35,029 nucleotides of DNA from a virus (IMGVR_UViG_2737471845_000031:1-35029), one strand, 5' to 3'. Positions 9,313-19,339 are shown, numbered from the stretch's first letter. Numbers and translations: made by a program. The notes: generated from the sequence alone by a model not told the origin.

Positions 9313-9834
9313 TCAGCCCCCGATATTGATCCGATAGTCAGTCAGTTGATCAACGCCACCGACGCGGAAGATGTTGGCCAGATAGTCCAGTTGCAGCAAC
9401 TCTTCACCATCCAGTACCTGTCTGATATACGTGCAGGTGAAGCTACTGGAGAACTCGGCGTTCTCGTGCTGTTTAAACGTCCCCAGCGGGTTCTTCTTGA
9501 ACATAATTGTCAGGAAGGTGACCAGCGGGATTTCGTCGATCAGCCCCTGCGAGCTGTAGCGCTGGACGCTGGAGCGACACTGCAGCGCCAGCGACTTGTA
9601 CGGGTTCGCGGCAGACAGCATCGCATCGCGGTAAAAGCTGTTCCATTTGATTTCGCCTTCCAGTTTGTCAAAACCAGCCGGGAGTTCCACCTTACCCACC
9701 ATCCCCAGTGCCTTGTGTTCCTGCATAATCATGGAGACATCGGGGAGTTTAACCTCCTCAGCCCGTCCCAGCAGGTTAGTACCATCCAGATAGATGTTGG
9801 CATTCGTGATTCGGTTTATCTCAATCTTTGACAT
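9313..9834 (-). CDS. major tail tube protein
   Basis: 173-aa ORF immediately after the sheath gene (TGATG stop/start overlap); C-terminal region ...YIRQVLDGEELLQLDYLANIFRVGGVD... resembles P2 FII-type tube proteins. Confidence 0.8.
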   Translation of the reverse strand: MSKIEINRITNANIYLDGTNLLGRAEEVKLPDVSMIMQEHKALGMVGKVELPAGFDKLEGEIKWNSFYRDAMLSAANPYKSLALQCRSSVQRYSSQGLIDEIPLVTFLTIMFKKNPLGTFKQHENAEFSSSFTCTYIRQVLDGEELLQLDYLANIFRVGGVDQLTDYRINIGG

Positions 9835-11261
9835 CAGTTGCCCCCTTTCAGGGTTAACAGGTATTCCGAGGTGATCTCAGTCTCAAACGTCAGTCGCTCC
9901 AGCGGCGGTGGTGGCGTATATTTGTAGCTCAGCAACAGGTGCCCGGCGGCCAGCTCCGTTTCCGGATTGCGGGCCGGATCAAACCAGCAACGGAAGCCCA
10001 GTACCGCGCCATCACCAGTCATTTTGCGACCGTAGGCGTTGACCGACTCCGTCAGTGCATCAATCAGCGCCTGAGTAATCGGCATGTCGATGTACTGCTG
10101 GCTGAAGTAACGAATGGACTCATTGATCACATCACCGGTGCGGCGAACGTTCTCAAAGTTACGCATATGGGTGACCGTTGGCCATGCTGCCGTCCGGTTA
10201 CCCCACAGACGAAGGCCGCTGCCGTAACTGCTGAATACCGTGGTGATCCCCTGTTCGTTAAGCAGGTTCACCTCGCTCTGCGGATCGTCAATCATTGCCG
10301 ACAGCTGGCGCTCCACGCCGGTGATCCCCAGAATTTCCTGATTGGAGGATGACCACCAGTACCCTTTGTCCAGGTCGACTTTGGCACGCAGGCCCGCCGC
10401 ACGCTGGCTCAGTGGCTCCAGACGTTCCGTGTTCGTCACCGGGTCATATACCTTCACATGCGGGTAGCACAGGCGGACACGGTCAGAGCTGGTATTAAAG
10501 TTAATGGTGCCTTCCGGGCCTCGTCCCGCCAGAGCCTGCGCAAAAGTGGTACCAACCGGCGCATCAATATAGGTTACTGCTCCCAGTTTCTCAGCCATGG
10601 CGATAAGCTCAACCGAGACGCTGTTCTGGGTGCAGAATACCGGAGCAATCAGGATTTTGGCGAAGTAGCCAAACAGGTTAAAACTGTCGTTAAGCAGCTT
10701 CATGCCGGTACGGTTGCCTGCAGCGTTAACGGTACCGATGATATCAGCCGGGGTGACTTTGGTCGGATCAGCATAGTTATAGCTGGCCTTCACCGTTGCA
10801 TCTGCAGCAATGCTTTTACCCAGGTTAGTAATCACCCCGGTCTGTGCATCAAGCGAGTAGTCCTGACCTTCAACATAAGGCTGACCGTCGCTGTCCGGTT
10901 TCAGTACCAGCTGCGCGACCACCGGATTAGCCAGCCGGGCTCTGCCTGTCGCCTTGTCGAACGACACATTCTCACTGACCACAGCGGTTTTATGCACAGA
11001 CGGATCGAGTACGTTAATGACCAGAACGGTGCCTGCACCATGGTCATAAATCGCATCCAGCGCCTGTGGAATGGTAAAGCCGGTGAACTGGCTGCCAAAT
11101 GCCGCAGCGTCTTTCTCAGACAGGCACTGTACCAGCGTATTGACATCCCCCATTGGTGCGGTACCAATCAGGCCAATAACGGCAGATTTCACCGTTTTAA
11201 CCGGGCGGGCACCGTTTTCCACTTCAATGGTTTCCGGACCATGCAGATAGTTAGCTGACAT
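9834..11261 (-). CDS. tail sheath protein
   Basis: 475-aa ORF with GGAGG RBS, located upstream of the tube gene; size and position characteristic of contractile-tail sheath proteins. Confidence 0.85.
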   Translation of the reverse strand: MSANYLHGPETIEVENGARPVKTVKSAVIGLIGTAPMGDVNTLVQCLSEKDAAAFGSQFTGFTIPQALDAIYDHGAGTVLVINVLDPSVHKTAVVSENVSFDKATGRARLANPVVAQLVLKPDSDGQPYVEGQDYSLDAQTGVITNLGKSIAADATVKASYNYADPTKVTPADIIGTVNAAGNRTGMKLLNDSFNLFGYFAKILIAPVFCTQNSVSVELIAMAEKLGAVTYIDAPVGTTFAQALAGRGPEGTINFNTSSDRVRLCYPHVKVYDPVTNTERLEPLSQRAAGLRAKVDLDKGYWWSSSNQEILGITGVERQLSAMIDDPQSEVNLLNEQGITTVFSSYGSGLRLWGNRTAAWPTVTHMRNFENVRRTGDVINESIRYFSQQYIDMPITQALIDALTESVNAYGRKMTGDGAVLGFRCWFDPARNPETELAAGHLLLSYKYTPPPPLERLTFETEITSEYLLTLKGGN

Positions 11262-11502
11262 GGGCGTCCTCCGTTTTCACCTCGCTGTCACCGCCGTTCC
11301 TGCGCTTTGGTGACTGCACAGCCGGTGTGCCGGCGGGTTTAATTTCTTCAGATACCGGCGTCAGATGCTTCAGCGCCACCAGTACCTTCACGTAGTCATG
11401 CTCCTCCGGCAGGGAAACAGTCTTCCCCGGCCAGAGCAGGATTTCGGTTCCGTCCGACAGCGTGACGCCGCTGGCCGGGCCGGAATAGCGGTATTCTTTC
11501 AT
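11251..11502 (-). CDS. hypothetical small protein (Mu gp38 position)
   Basis: ~83-aa ORF upstream of the sheath gene, ATG at 11502 overlapping the upstream stop (ATGA). Confidence 0.45.
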   Translation of the reverse strand: MKEYRYSGPASGVTLSDGTEILLWPGKTVSLPEEHDYVKVLVALKHLTPVSEEIKPAGTPAVQSPKRRNGGDSEVKTEDAHVS

Positions 11503-11966
11503 CACTCGCTTTCCTCATAGTTCACTTCAGTTAACAGCGGGCCGGACGGTAAATCGCTGTCTTCGATAAAGACGCTTTCAGTCGCGAAGTCGAGGGCGTA
11601 CTGCCACAGCCCCCTGACTTCACCGATAAACACCTCGCGGGTCAGCCAGATACGGCGGCGGCACCCGGGCGGGGTGTAGCCACCAAGAATGCGGCGGACA
11701 GCATCCAGGACATTAATCGCCCCTTTTTTACCGTTGAGCTGTCGGAAGACCACCGTGACGCAGAGCTGGATAGTCTGAGGCTGGATCACCGCACCGGTAT
11801 CATCCGGCCTGTCGAAACGCGATCCTGCATAGCTCAGCAGCAACGCCCCGACAGAATGATTGAGGCGGTATTCGGACGGCTTTTCCGGGAAGTACTCAAC
11901 CTGCAGCTGAGGCAGCTTCTCGCGCAACCGGGCCAGCACCGCATCAAGGACGGGCAGAACATTCAT
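11502..11966 (-). CDS. head-tail joining protein (Mu gp37-like)
   Basis: 154-aa ORF in the gp36-gp37-gp38-sheath order of Mu-like phages; translationally coupled to neighbours. Confidence 0.5.
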   Translation of the reverse strand: MNVLPVLDAVLARLREKLPQLQVEYFPEKPSEYRLNHSVGALLLSYAGSRFDRPDDTGAVIQPQTIQLCVTVVFRQLNGKKGAINVLDAVRRILGGYTPPGCRRRIWLTREVFIGEVRGLWQYALDFATESVFIEDSDLPSGPLLTEVNYEESE

Positions 11967-12412
11967 CAGTATTTCTCCAGTAAGCCGTCACGACCGCCGA
12001 AAGTGGCCGGGCGGCTGCGTACACGAAACTCTCCTGGCTCAGGCATATCTTTCTGAGTGGACGGCAGCCCCAGCGTAAGCCTGTTATCACGTAACTCCTT
12101 CAGTTGCCGCAGCGCTTCTTTGTGGTCATCCTTCACCGTATCCGGGAGGTCACCTTCCGGGCGGCGGGCGTAGAGCCGGTAACGGACCAGCGTGATGGCA
12201 ATGTCCCGCAGAACGGTCGGTATCTCCGCCAGCGGCAGGATATAGCGTCCGCGCAGATGGGCATCAATCAGCTCGTCGGCATAGCGGATACAGCTCTCCA
12301 CCACACGGGTATTCACTGTCGCAGGCGAGTCGAAGTCCATCTCTTCACTGGTGAGCTCGATCAGCGTTCGTTCCGGCACCTGCTCAAGCAAATCCTCCAG
12401 GGTGCAGTACAT
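11966..12412 (-). CDS. head-tail connector/adaptor protein (Mu gp36-like)
   Basis: Likely start is ATG 12412, 1 nt after the upstream stop (TGAcATG), giving ~148 aa; the ORF-track start at 12574 would overlap the upstream gene. Confidence 0.5.
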   Translation of the reverse strand: MYCTLEDLLEQVPERTLIELTSEEMDFDSPATVNTRVVESCIRYADELIDAHLRGRYILPLAEIPTVLRDIAITLVRYRLYARRPEGDLPDTVKDDHKEALRQLKELRDNRLTLGLPSTQKDMPEPGEFRVRSRPATFGGRDGLLEKY

Positions 12413-12413
12413 G

Positions 12414-12752
12414 TCACACCCCGCGCAGGATACGAATGACGTCGCCTTCACCCCCGGCTTCATCAAGTGCAATACCACAGGATTTACCGTCGCCGGACTG
12501 CGGCACGGCTCTGGCCTGAGCATCTGACTGAACAGCCACACCACGGCTGACCGCAGCACCGGCCTCAACAGCAATAATGCCCAGAACGCTCACCGGCGTG
12601 CTGTCGCCGGTAACAGCATCCACTTCGGCAACCCCGAGCGCTGCGGCACCGGCTTTACAGGGGGTATTATCTGCCCCGACAAAACGCTGCTGTGCCAGTT
12701 CTGCCCCTGCCGTTACGGTTGTAATCAGAATGACCTGCTGAGTGGTTCCCAT
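12414..12752 (-). CDS. small Ala/Gly-rich head-associated protein
   Basis: 112-aa ORF with a strong AAGGAGG RBS directly downstream of the major capsid gene; composition typical of small capsid-associated proteins. Function not established. Confidence 0.45.
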   Translation of the reverse strand: MGTTQQVILITTVTAGAELAQQRFVGADNTPCKAGAAALGVAEVDAVTGDSTPVSVLGIIAVEAGAAVSRGVAVQSDAQARAVPQSGDGKSCGIALDEAGGEGDVIRILRGV

Positions 12753-12761
12753 AACGCCTCC

Positions 12762-13715
12762 TTATTTACTGATACCGGTGATGAGATACCCGGCATCGCC
12801 ACCAACCACGGCGACTTTGTAGATATCGGTATAACGGCAGTACTTCACCTTGCCACCGGCACCGTCGTATTTGTCTGCAACAGGCATCCCCTTACGGCGC
12901 AGGGTGTAGCCGAAGGACGGCTCGTTCTCGTCCGCGCTGTCCGCCCCCGGCTGCGGCTTGCCGACGTAGTGCAGCATCAGGTTGTCTCCCCAGATATCCG
13001 CCGGCACGCTGTCCCTATCCATTGCCGCTTTCATGGATGGCAGGGAGACAGGGGCACCGATGACGATCTCTTCGATCTGAAAGAGGTCCTGCAGGATCTC
13101 CGTAGTGATGCGCTTGCGTTCGTTGGCTCCGATGGCAGCCTGAATCGCCGGGTGGAACTTCAGCAGCGCCATCACGCTGGCACCCATGGTCATCAGGTTA
13201 GGACGCAGCCCCGTGGCCGTACGGACCGCTTCCATACCGGCTTCAATCACCCCGATGGGGTCCCCCTTACCACCGGCCCAGCGATCACTGGCTGTCAGTT
13301 TTTTAACGTGCCCGGTACGGTAGACCTTTTCATCCTGAGCCAGACGGGCGGCGATAAGTTCACGGCGCAGATTCACGCCATTCGTGGCGCGACGGATGGC
13401 CTTGCTCTCCTCGTTAAACATGGACTCCGCCTGCTCGCGATAGTCCACCGGCGCAGCCAGATCGTGCTCACCCAGCACCAGATCAAGCGTGCCGGTTTTC
13501 TCACGGACCAGAACATTGCTGTCCGCCCCGACGGCACGCTCAGTGTCATATTCCACAAAGGCGGTTTTCCCGAAGGTCGGCACACGCACGCCTTCCTTGT
13601 CCGTCAGCACGACGGGGAAAATACGTTCGCCAATGAATGCGGCATTTTTATAGCCTCGGGCGATACTGGTCAGTACCGGATCAACGACACGTTTACCTTT
13701 TAAGTAATCAGACAT
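12762..13715 (-). CDS. major capsid protein
   Basis: 317-aa ORF with strong AAGGAG RBS, directly downstream of the protease/scaffold gene and upstream of connector genes; size and position match a major head subunit. Confidence 0.8.
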   Translation of the reverse strand: MSDYLKGKRVVDPVLTSIARGYKNAAFIGERIFPVVLTDKEGVRVPTFGKTAFVEYDTERAVGADSNVLVREKTGTLDLVLGEHDLAAPVDYREQAESMFNEESKAIRRATNGVNLRRELIAARLAQDEKVYRTGHVKKLTASDRWAGGKGDPIGVIEAGMEAVRTATGLRPNLMTMGASVMALLKFHPAIQAAIGANERKRITTEILQDLFQIEEIVIGAPVSLPSMKAAMDRDSVPADIWGDNLMLHYVGKPQPGADSADENEPSFGYTLRRKGMPVADKYDGAGGKVKYCRYTDIYKVAVVGGDAGYLITGISK

Positions 13716-13729
13716 GATTTCTCCTTAAA

Positions 13730-14845
13730 TTACAGGCAGCGTGCGACAGCAGCCTCATAGCTGATGCCTTCTTTTTTGGACAGGGCCACTGCTTTCTGAT
13801 GCAGGGCCAGACGCTCAGGATCGGCTTCCGCAAACTCCGCCACATCCACCTTCACCGTGTCGCCGACACGCTCCTTTGTGGCCTGTTCGGCGAAATTCAT
13901 CACCGGCTCCCCGTCGGAGAGCAATGAACGGAAGGCGGTGGCCAGCGGCGTGCGGCTTTCCCCCTCAGCAAACTCCACCGGCTTGTCGCCACCGGCGACG
14001 GCATCCAGCAGGGCAACCACCACGGAGGAGGCGCGGGGAGCCAGACGCCCCTCTGCGACCAGTTTTTCTGCAAAGGCCACATTGTCCTTATGCAGTTGCT
14101 CCTGTCTGGCCTGTGCATCACGCGCATCGCGATCAGCAGCCTGCTGCTTCAGGCGGCGGTTCTCCTCCTGAAGGGCTTCAATCTCTTCTTTTGTCATCGA
14201 TGATTCCTCGTTACTTGCGGAAGACGGCACCTGGCCTGTCTCACTGAATTGTGCACCTGCTGCATCCTGCGACGGTGTGTCGCGGTACGCCTCTTCGCGC
14301 AGATTGTTGAGCTGCCATTCCGGCAGGACTTTTTCTGCTTCGTCCAGACTGAAGCGGGCGATCAGAAAATCGCGCAGCTTTCCCCACAGGGAGGCATTCG
14401 TGATGGCCTGCCAGTCGGCGAACTCCACCACACCTTCTTCCTGCTCACTGAAGGACACCTGTTTCAGCCCCTTGACGGAAGGTGGCTGTGCACCGAGAAA
14501 GCCCACATGGCGAAGGTAGAGCACGCCGGGCTTCGGATTGGACGGTGAATCCGGGAGGTAGAAAGAGGCGGACACTTTTTTGAATCGTCCGTCGGTGACC
14601 ATCTCAGCAAACTGCGGGTCCAGCTGGGCAGGCTCTGCCATCAGATCGACGCCGCTGAGCGACAGGGCTTTCACCCAGCCCCACGCCGGGTCTTCCGTTC
14701 TGGGATGACCAATCACGAGTGGTGCTTCATGGACGGACGGGTCATAGGCTTTCACGCAGGCGGCAAGATCGTCTGGCGTGAACGGCAGTTTTTTGCCGTG
14801 CATATCGGTATGAGTACCGGCTTTAAAAATGTGAATGGCTGACAT
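13730..14845 (-). CDS. prohead protease / scaffold protein (Mu I-like)
   Basis: 371-aa ORF; N-terminal region followed by a charged coiled-coil region (EEIEALQEENRRLKQQAADRDARDAQARQEQL); position between G-like and capsid genes as for Mu I. Confidence 0.7.
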   Translation of the reverse strand: MSAIHIFKAGTHTDMHGKKLPFTPDDLAACVKAYDPSVHEAPLVIGHPRTEDPAWGWVKALSLSGVDLMAEPAQLDPQFAEMVTDGRFKKVSASFYLPDSPSNPKPGVLYLRHVGFLGAQPPSVKGLKQVSFSEQEEGVVEFADWQAITNASLWGKLRDFLIARFSLDEAEKVLPEWQLNNLREEAYRDTPSQDAAGAQFSETGQVPSSASNEESSMTKEEIEALQEENRRLKQQAADRDARDAQARQEQLHKDNVAFAEKLVAEGRLAPRASSVVVALLDAVAGGDKPVEFAEGESRTPLATAFRSLLSDGEPVMNFAEQATKERVGDTVKVDVAEFAEADPERLALHQKAVALSKKEGISYEAAVARCL

Positions 14846-14869
14846 TTTGCTGTCCCGCGTTATGTTGTC

Positions 14870-14908
14870 GGAGACAGTTTGTGAGAAATGCAGGCCCGGC
14901 GATTTTAA
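14870..14908 (-). promoter_or_regulatory. candidate activator-dependent late promoter and leader upstream of protease/scaffold gene
   Basis: Minus-strand TTAAAATC (-10-like), 23 nt, then CTGTCTCC; the same arrangement with identical spacing lies upstream of the holin gene. No good -35. Confidence 0.45.
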
Positions 14909-14970
14909 TCTGCTTTAGAAAACATCAGGGGAGAAGGACAGGGAAAGCAATGCGGTGAACCGGAGGCGGT

Positions 14971-15013
14971 TATAAAACAGAGGCTGTAAAGCCTTTATAA
15001 AGGTAATACAGCC
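14971..15013 (-). terminator. candidate intrinsic terminator after the G-like gene
   Basis: Inverted repeat GGCTGTA / TACAGCC enclosing the palindrome CCTTTATAAAGG, followed on the minus strand by TCTGTTTTATA. Confidence 0.5.
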
Positions 15014-15059
15014 CCTCATTCGCTGGCAATGATAAATCACCCGCCTGAAGAGAGAAAAC

Positions 15060-15518
15060 TCAGCGACGGGCCGCTGATTCAAGATGGCGGACAATGGTAT
15101 CTAGGATGGGGATTACCACTTCAGGCTGTAGTTCTCCATCCCCCGTCACCGGCAGGAACGGGCGGGCCGGAAGTTCAACAGACTCATTACGCCCCGTTTT
15201 ACCCCCGAACTGGTGAATGGCACCGTAAACAACGTTGGTCCCCACAACAGCCTGCCGGTCGTCATGGTCGGTTGATACTGACCCCATCAGACGCCCGGTA
15301 TCCTGCAGTGTCTGCCCGTCACGTTCTTCCGCTGCCAGCGAGGGCATCCACCCCGGACGCCCCTCATCAAGAAAGTTAAACTGTGTTTCCGCCAGCAGGG
15401 TTCCGGCGATTTTGCGCATCGCGGGCTCCAGGTCTGTGGCAGCAAGATCCAGCGCACGGAGGCTCCGGCGCAGGGATTTATCGTTAATGGTGATACTGAC
15501 CAGGTTATCGGAAGCCAT
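15060..15518 (-). CDS. virion morphogenesis protein (Mu G-like)
   Basis: 152-aa ORF with AGAGGA RBS directly after the F-like gene; conserved F-G order of Mu-like head modules. Confidence 0.65.
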   Translation of the reverse strand: MASDNLVSITINDKSLRRSLRALDLAATDLEPAMRKIAGTLLAETQFNFLDEGRPGWMPSLAAEERDGQTLQDTGRLMGSVSTDHDDRQAVVGTNVVYGAIHQFGGKTGRNESVELPARPFLPVTGDGELQPEVVIPILDTIVRHLESAARR

Positions 15519-15520
15519 TG

Positions 15521-16342
15521 TTATCCTCTCAGTTCCTGTTGTGCCAGTGGCTGAAGCGTACCCTGATAGCGGGCCAGGTCGGGACGGTATGCTGCCCCCG
15601 GTGCATAAGACCAGCCGACGTCGGTGGTCACCTTCGTGGTGCCGGTATTAAAGGTGGCCACGTTCCGCATTTCGCCGGTTTTCTCTGAGACCAGTTTCAG
15701 TTCCCGGCCCATGGCAGAGCCGGAGCTGATAACCTTCAGGCCACGGGCACGGACATCCGCCGCACTCAGGGCAATCACACTACAGCGGCAGCGCCAGCCG
15801 TTCGGCGGGTAAAATGCCTGCCAGAACGGGTCATCCCAGCGCAGCACCAGACCATGCAGCGCCAGATGGCTCCTGCGGGTATGGCTGTCGTTGATGCCGG
15901 TATACATCCAGTACGGCCTGTCGTCGACGTTTTCCATCTGTTCCGCCCAACGACCGGCGCTGTAGAGTACGGACATATTGGTGCGAAAGATGGTATCGAG
16001 CCGCCACGGACTGCCCTGCTGAATGGTGACCGGCTCACCCGTTACCGGGTCAGTCGTGTCACGCGGTCCCCACCATCCCTTGCGCTTCAGCGCCGGCTCC
16101 AGCTCCTGTCGGAACCAGCGATCGGTTTTTCCTTCATCGACAGCCTGCTGCAGTGCCCCACGAATATCTTCCAGGATATCCAGGCGGGTCACTTTAGCGA
16201 CGGTAAAGGCGCGGGCATGGGCTTCCTGCCACATTTCTTCCCAGTCCCAGGTAATCTGATACCCTTTGGACTTCAGGTAGCTGATTGCCCGCTTCGGGGG
16301 AAGCGTCATGCAGTACGCCAGTTCAGCCGTTGTCACGCTCAT
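15521..16342 (-). CDS. minor head / head morphogenesis protein (Mu F-like)
   Basis: Follows the portal gene. Likely start ATG 16342 (GGGGG RBS), overlapping the portal end by ~20 nt; the ORF-track start at 16369 is TTG. Confidence 0.7.
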   Translation of the reverse strand: MSVTTAELAYCMTLPPKRAISYLKSKGYQITWDWEEMWQEAHARAFTVAKVTRLDILEDIRGALQQAVDEGKTDRWFRQELEPALKRKGWWGPRDTTDPVTGEPVTIQQGSPWRLDTIFRTNMSVLYSAGRWAEQMENVDDRPYWMYTGINDSHTRRSHLALHGLVLRWDDPFWQAFYPPNGWRCRCSVIALSAADVRARGLKVISSGSAMGRELKLVSEKTGEMRNVATFNTGTTKVTTDVGWSYAPGAAYRPDLARYQGTLQPLAQQELRG

Positions 16343-17816
16343 GCAGACGCCCCCAGATATTTGCCACAAAGAGAATGCGGGCCAACCGTTCCTGCAGATC
16401 GTCCGTGTTCATCTGAGGGTAGAGCTCCGCCAGTTCGCCCAGCAGCTCAGACGGGTTAACCCCATTTTCGACCCGCTTAAACAGAGGTGCCAGGACGGGT
16501 TCCAGCGTGCCATTTAACACACCTCCGTTCATCAGAATGTCCAGCGCGTCGTCAAGCTGCTGTTGTGCATCATGATCGGCGCTTATCGCCTCGGCAAATT
16601 CCGCAGGCACTGCCCCGTCCGCAACCGGTGCATCAGAGAGGTCAATATCCCCCTCCTGCAGCTGGTACTCCCGCATGAAGTACTGCGGGGTCAGGCGCAG
16701 TCCCGCGCGGGTGAGTTTTTCGTCGCGGGTGGCGCGGGTGTCATCAATGGTCTCCTGTTCCCACATGGCCCAGACCGGACACGGCACATCGCCGAAGTTC
16801 AGGGTGACCACCGTTCTGATAACCTGATTCACTGCTGCCTGAATGATGTCCGCATCCGCATCGCGGATATCAGCCGTTACCTCCAGCCCGGCCTGTGCAG
16901 AGGCCTTGTTACTGTTCGCTTCCGTGGTCTGATTCTGACCAAGTAATGCAATGGAGATCTCACTGCGTGACAGTGTGATCAGCTCGCGGAATACCTCGCT
17001 GCTGTCCGCCTTACCATCCGCGGCTTTGAGTTCGATGCTGCTGTCATCGGGGATGGCGGCCACCGCGTCCTCCACCATCTGCTCCATGGAGTCCAGCAGT
17101 TTTTCAATCTCTGCATCATTTGCACCCCTCGGGTGCTTACCGATCACCCACGGGGAGCCAAACTTTTCGGCAAAGCGGAGCCAGAATTTCATCCCGCCTT
17201 TCTTGAAGGCGACCGGCCAGAAGCACATGGACAGGTCAGGGAAACCGTAAGGATTGTCATACGAGGCATCCTGTGCCGGCACCACGAATTTTGACGGTGA
17301 CAGCAGCTCACCCTCCACACCCGCATCACGCGCCCGGAAGCGCAGGCAGTTGTCCGTATCAAACTGAAACCACTCAGGCGGTTTGCCGACAATATCCGTC
17401 ACCGCCCACGCCCTGACCGAACGGCCCCACATGATTTCACAGGGCTGATACCCGTAGAGCACGGCATCGCTCATCTCACCGATGATGCGGGACAGATCCA
17501 GATCGTCGAGCATGTCGCGGATGAAACGGAAGACCCGGGCAGAAGCGTGACCGCGCTCCAGTCCACGCTCCAGCGATTTGAGCGCTGCTTTACGTCTGCG
17601 GATACAGCCCCCGACCAGCGGGTCGGTGCGCAGTTCGCGGTAGATACGGATATCCCGTCCCTGAGCCTTGAGAATGGGATCAGGATTGGGCAGATACATG
17701 CCCAGTCCGTAAAAGTCGATCGCGCGGCTGCGGGAGGCAATCTGCGCGGTCAGTGATTTCTGAGGCTCAGAAAAAGCAACAAATTCATCGGGTGAAACCC
17801 AGATACCCCTCGCCAT
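16323..17816 (-). CDS. portal protein (Mu gp29-like)
   Basis: 497-aa ORF immediately downstream of the large terminase (TGATG overlap), followed by the F-like gene; acidic C-terminal region. Confidence 0.85.
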   Translation of the reverse strand: MARGIWVSPDEFVAFSEPQKSLTAQIASRSRAIDFYGLGMYLPNPDPILKAQGRDIRIYRELRTDPLVGGCIRRRKAALKSLERGLERGHASARVFRFIRDMLDDLDLSRIIGEMSDAVLYGYQPCEIMWGRSVRAWAVTDIVGKPPEWFQFDTDNCLRFRARDAGVEGELLSPSKFVVPAQDASYDNPYGFPDLSMCFWPVAFKKGGMKFWLRFAEKFGSPWVIGKHPRGANDAEIEKLLDSMEQMVEDAVAAIPDDSSIELKAADGKADSSEVFRELITLSRSEISIALLGQNQTTEANSNKASAQAGLEVTADIRDADADIIQAAVNQVIRTVVTLNFGDVPCPVWAMWEQETIDDTRATRDEKLTRAGLRLTPQYFMREYQLQEGDIDLSDAPVADGAVPAEFAEAISADHDAQQQLDDALDILMNGGVLNGTLEPVLAPLFKRVENGVNPSELLGELAELYPQMNTDDLQERLARILFVANIWGRLHERDNG

Positions 17817-19339
17817 CAGAATCCCTCCAGCATACGGGCCGCCTGACGACGACGGCGTGAGCTTGCCTTCACCGGCCCTTTGTTAATTTCACGGCTGGCG
17901 AAATACGCCAGCGCCAGTGCGATGGCTGAATCCCCGTGGCGTTTACCACCATCAGCCTTTGCTTTTGAGCGTTGCTCCGGCACGCGGGGGACACCGTTCA
18001 CCACCTGAACGGCCCGCAGGTCATCCAGTGTGTCTTCATCCTTTGGTAAGTCCACCAGGTTACCGTCTTCCAGTGCAGCTTTGACCGGAGGCATATGCTC
18101 CCGGTACCAGCCTTCGGTTGGCATCACCTGCTGAACCCGGCTGGAGCCGTAGCGCTGCATGGCGTATTCAGCCAGATAGGCACCATTACCACGGGCATCA
18201 AACGCAGCACCCAGCAGACCGGGCAGGCCATCCATCAGATACCAGGTGATTTGCTCCTGCTGCCTGAACGGCACGTTACGCAACTCCAGTACGAATGGCA
18301 CGCGTCGTATCAGGTTCTTCTCCTGCAGCAGGGGATAGTCCACCGACAAATCACCGCTACGGCCAAAGTCGCGCCCCAGAAAAGAGCGGGCACCAGCGGG
18401 GAGCGCCTCCAGCAAGGGTTTCAGATGCTCATCAAGCCAGTCCTGCGTCTCGCGGAAGCGAACCTCATCAGACAGCAGCTCATAACCTTCCTTGCAGGTC
18501 AGACGCAATACCGGCGTATCAGCGGACATGCGGGACTCTATCAGGGCTCGGGACAGCCAGGCACCGCCACCGTTGGCCGGAATACAGTCAAGCTCTTCGG
18601 ATGCACCGGCACCGTAGAATTTGTACACTGACGCCATCCAGGCCTGCTCGGATGCCTCCGACCATTCCTTCCCGGTGCGCAGACAAACGCGCCGGAACAG
18701 CCCCTCAGATACGGCTTCCCGGAAAGTGATGCGATGTACGCTGCCTCCCTGACGTCCGGCACGGATATCCCCGATAAGCGTATTGAACGGATTGTCGTCA
18801 CCGTCATGGGTGGAGATAACGCGTACCTTTCCCCCCCAGATAAGCATCGCCAGCGCCGCTTTCAGCAGTTCGTCCAGTTGCTCATGGAACGCCGCTTCGT
18901 CGATAACAATAATACCCTGACGGCCACGCAGGTTAGACGGGCGGCTGGAGAGCGCAACAATACGAAAGCCGGAGTCAGGAAATTTGATGGTGTAAGTCCT
19001 GATGTGTTTGTCGTCGTCGTCCTCTTCCCAGAATCCTTCTTCAATTTCACTGGCCGCATAGTTGAATGCCCGTGCCCACATCGCACACGCCTGAATGTAT
19101 TCGACGGTCATGTCCTGGTTATAAGCGATGTAATACACATTCATCCCGCCTGCTGGCGCAGAAGAGGCGGCGGTCAGTACGTTATCGGATGCCTCAGCCC
19201 ATGTAATACCGGTACGACGGCTCTTTTCTATCACCTTAAGCGGAGAGGCATCTGCCACCCAGCGCTGCTGGTAGGGCAACAGAACGGGAGGGGCCTTATA
19301 ACTCGCGGTGTCAGGAATGTGCGGCGGCAGCTCCGTCAT
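17816..19339 (-). CDS. terminase large subunit (Mu gp28-like)
   Basis: 507-aa ORF with a P-loop-like segment (KSRRTGITW) and a Walker B-like IVIDEAAF; located between the gp27-like and portal genes. Confidence 0.85.
   Translation of the reverse strand: MTELPPHIPDTASYKAPPVLLPYQQRWVADASPLKVIEKSRRTGITWAEASDNVLTAASSAPAGGMNVYYIAYNQDMTVEYIQACAMWARAFNYAASEIEEGFWEEDDDDKHIRTYTIKFPDSGFRIVALSSRPSNLRGRQGIIVIDEAAFHEQLDELLKAALAMLIWGGKVRVISTHDGDDNPFNTLIGDIRAGRQGGSVHRITFREAVSEGLFRRVCLRTGKEWSEASEQAWMASVYKFYGAGASEELDCIPANGGGAWLSRALIESRMSADTPVLRLTCKEGYELLSDEVRFRETQDWLDEHLKPLLEALPAGARSFLGRDFGRSGDLSVDYPLLQEKNLIRRVPFVLELRNVPFRQQEQITWYLMDGLPGLLGAAFDARGNGAYLAEYAMQRYGSSRVQQVMPTEGWYREHMPPVKAALEDGNLVDLPKDEDTLDDLRAVQVVNGVPRVPEQRSKAKADGGKRHGDSAIALALAYFASREINKGPVKASSRRRRQAARMLEGF

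Noticed and set aside
10458-11258. 266-aa plus-strand ORF opposite the tail sheath gene
   Set aside because: Antisense to the sheath gene; not supported by context.
12969-13703. 244-aa plus-strand ORF opposite the major capsid gene
   Set aside because: Antisense shadow ORF in GC-rich coding sequence; the minus-strand capsid gene has a strong RBS and operon context.
14846-15059. Possible anti-CRISPR-type insertion between the G-like and protease genes
   Set aside because: This gap is where some Mu-like phages carry anti-CRISPR genes, but here it holds only a 33-codon ORF inside the terminator hairpin; it reads as terminator plus late promoter.
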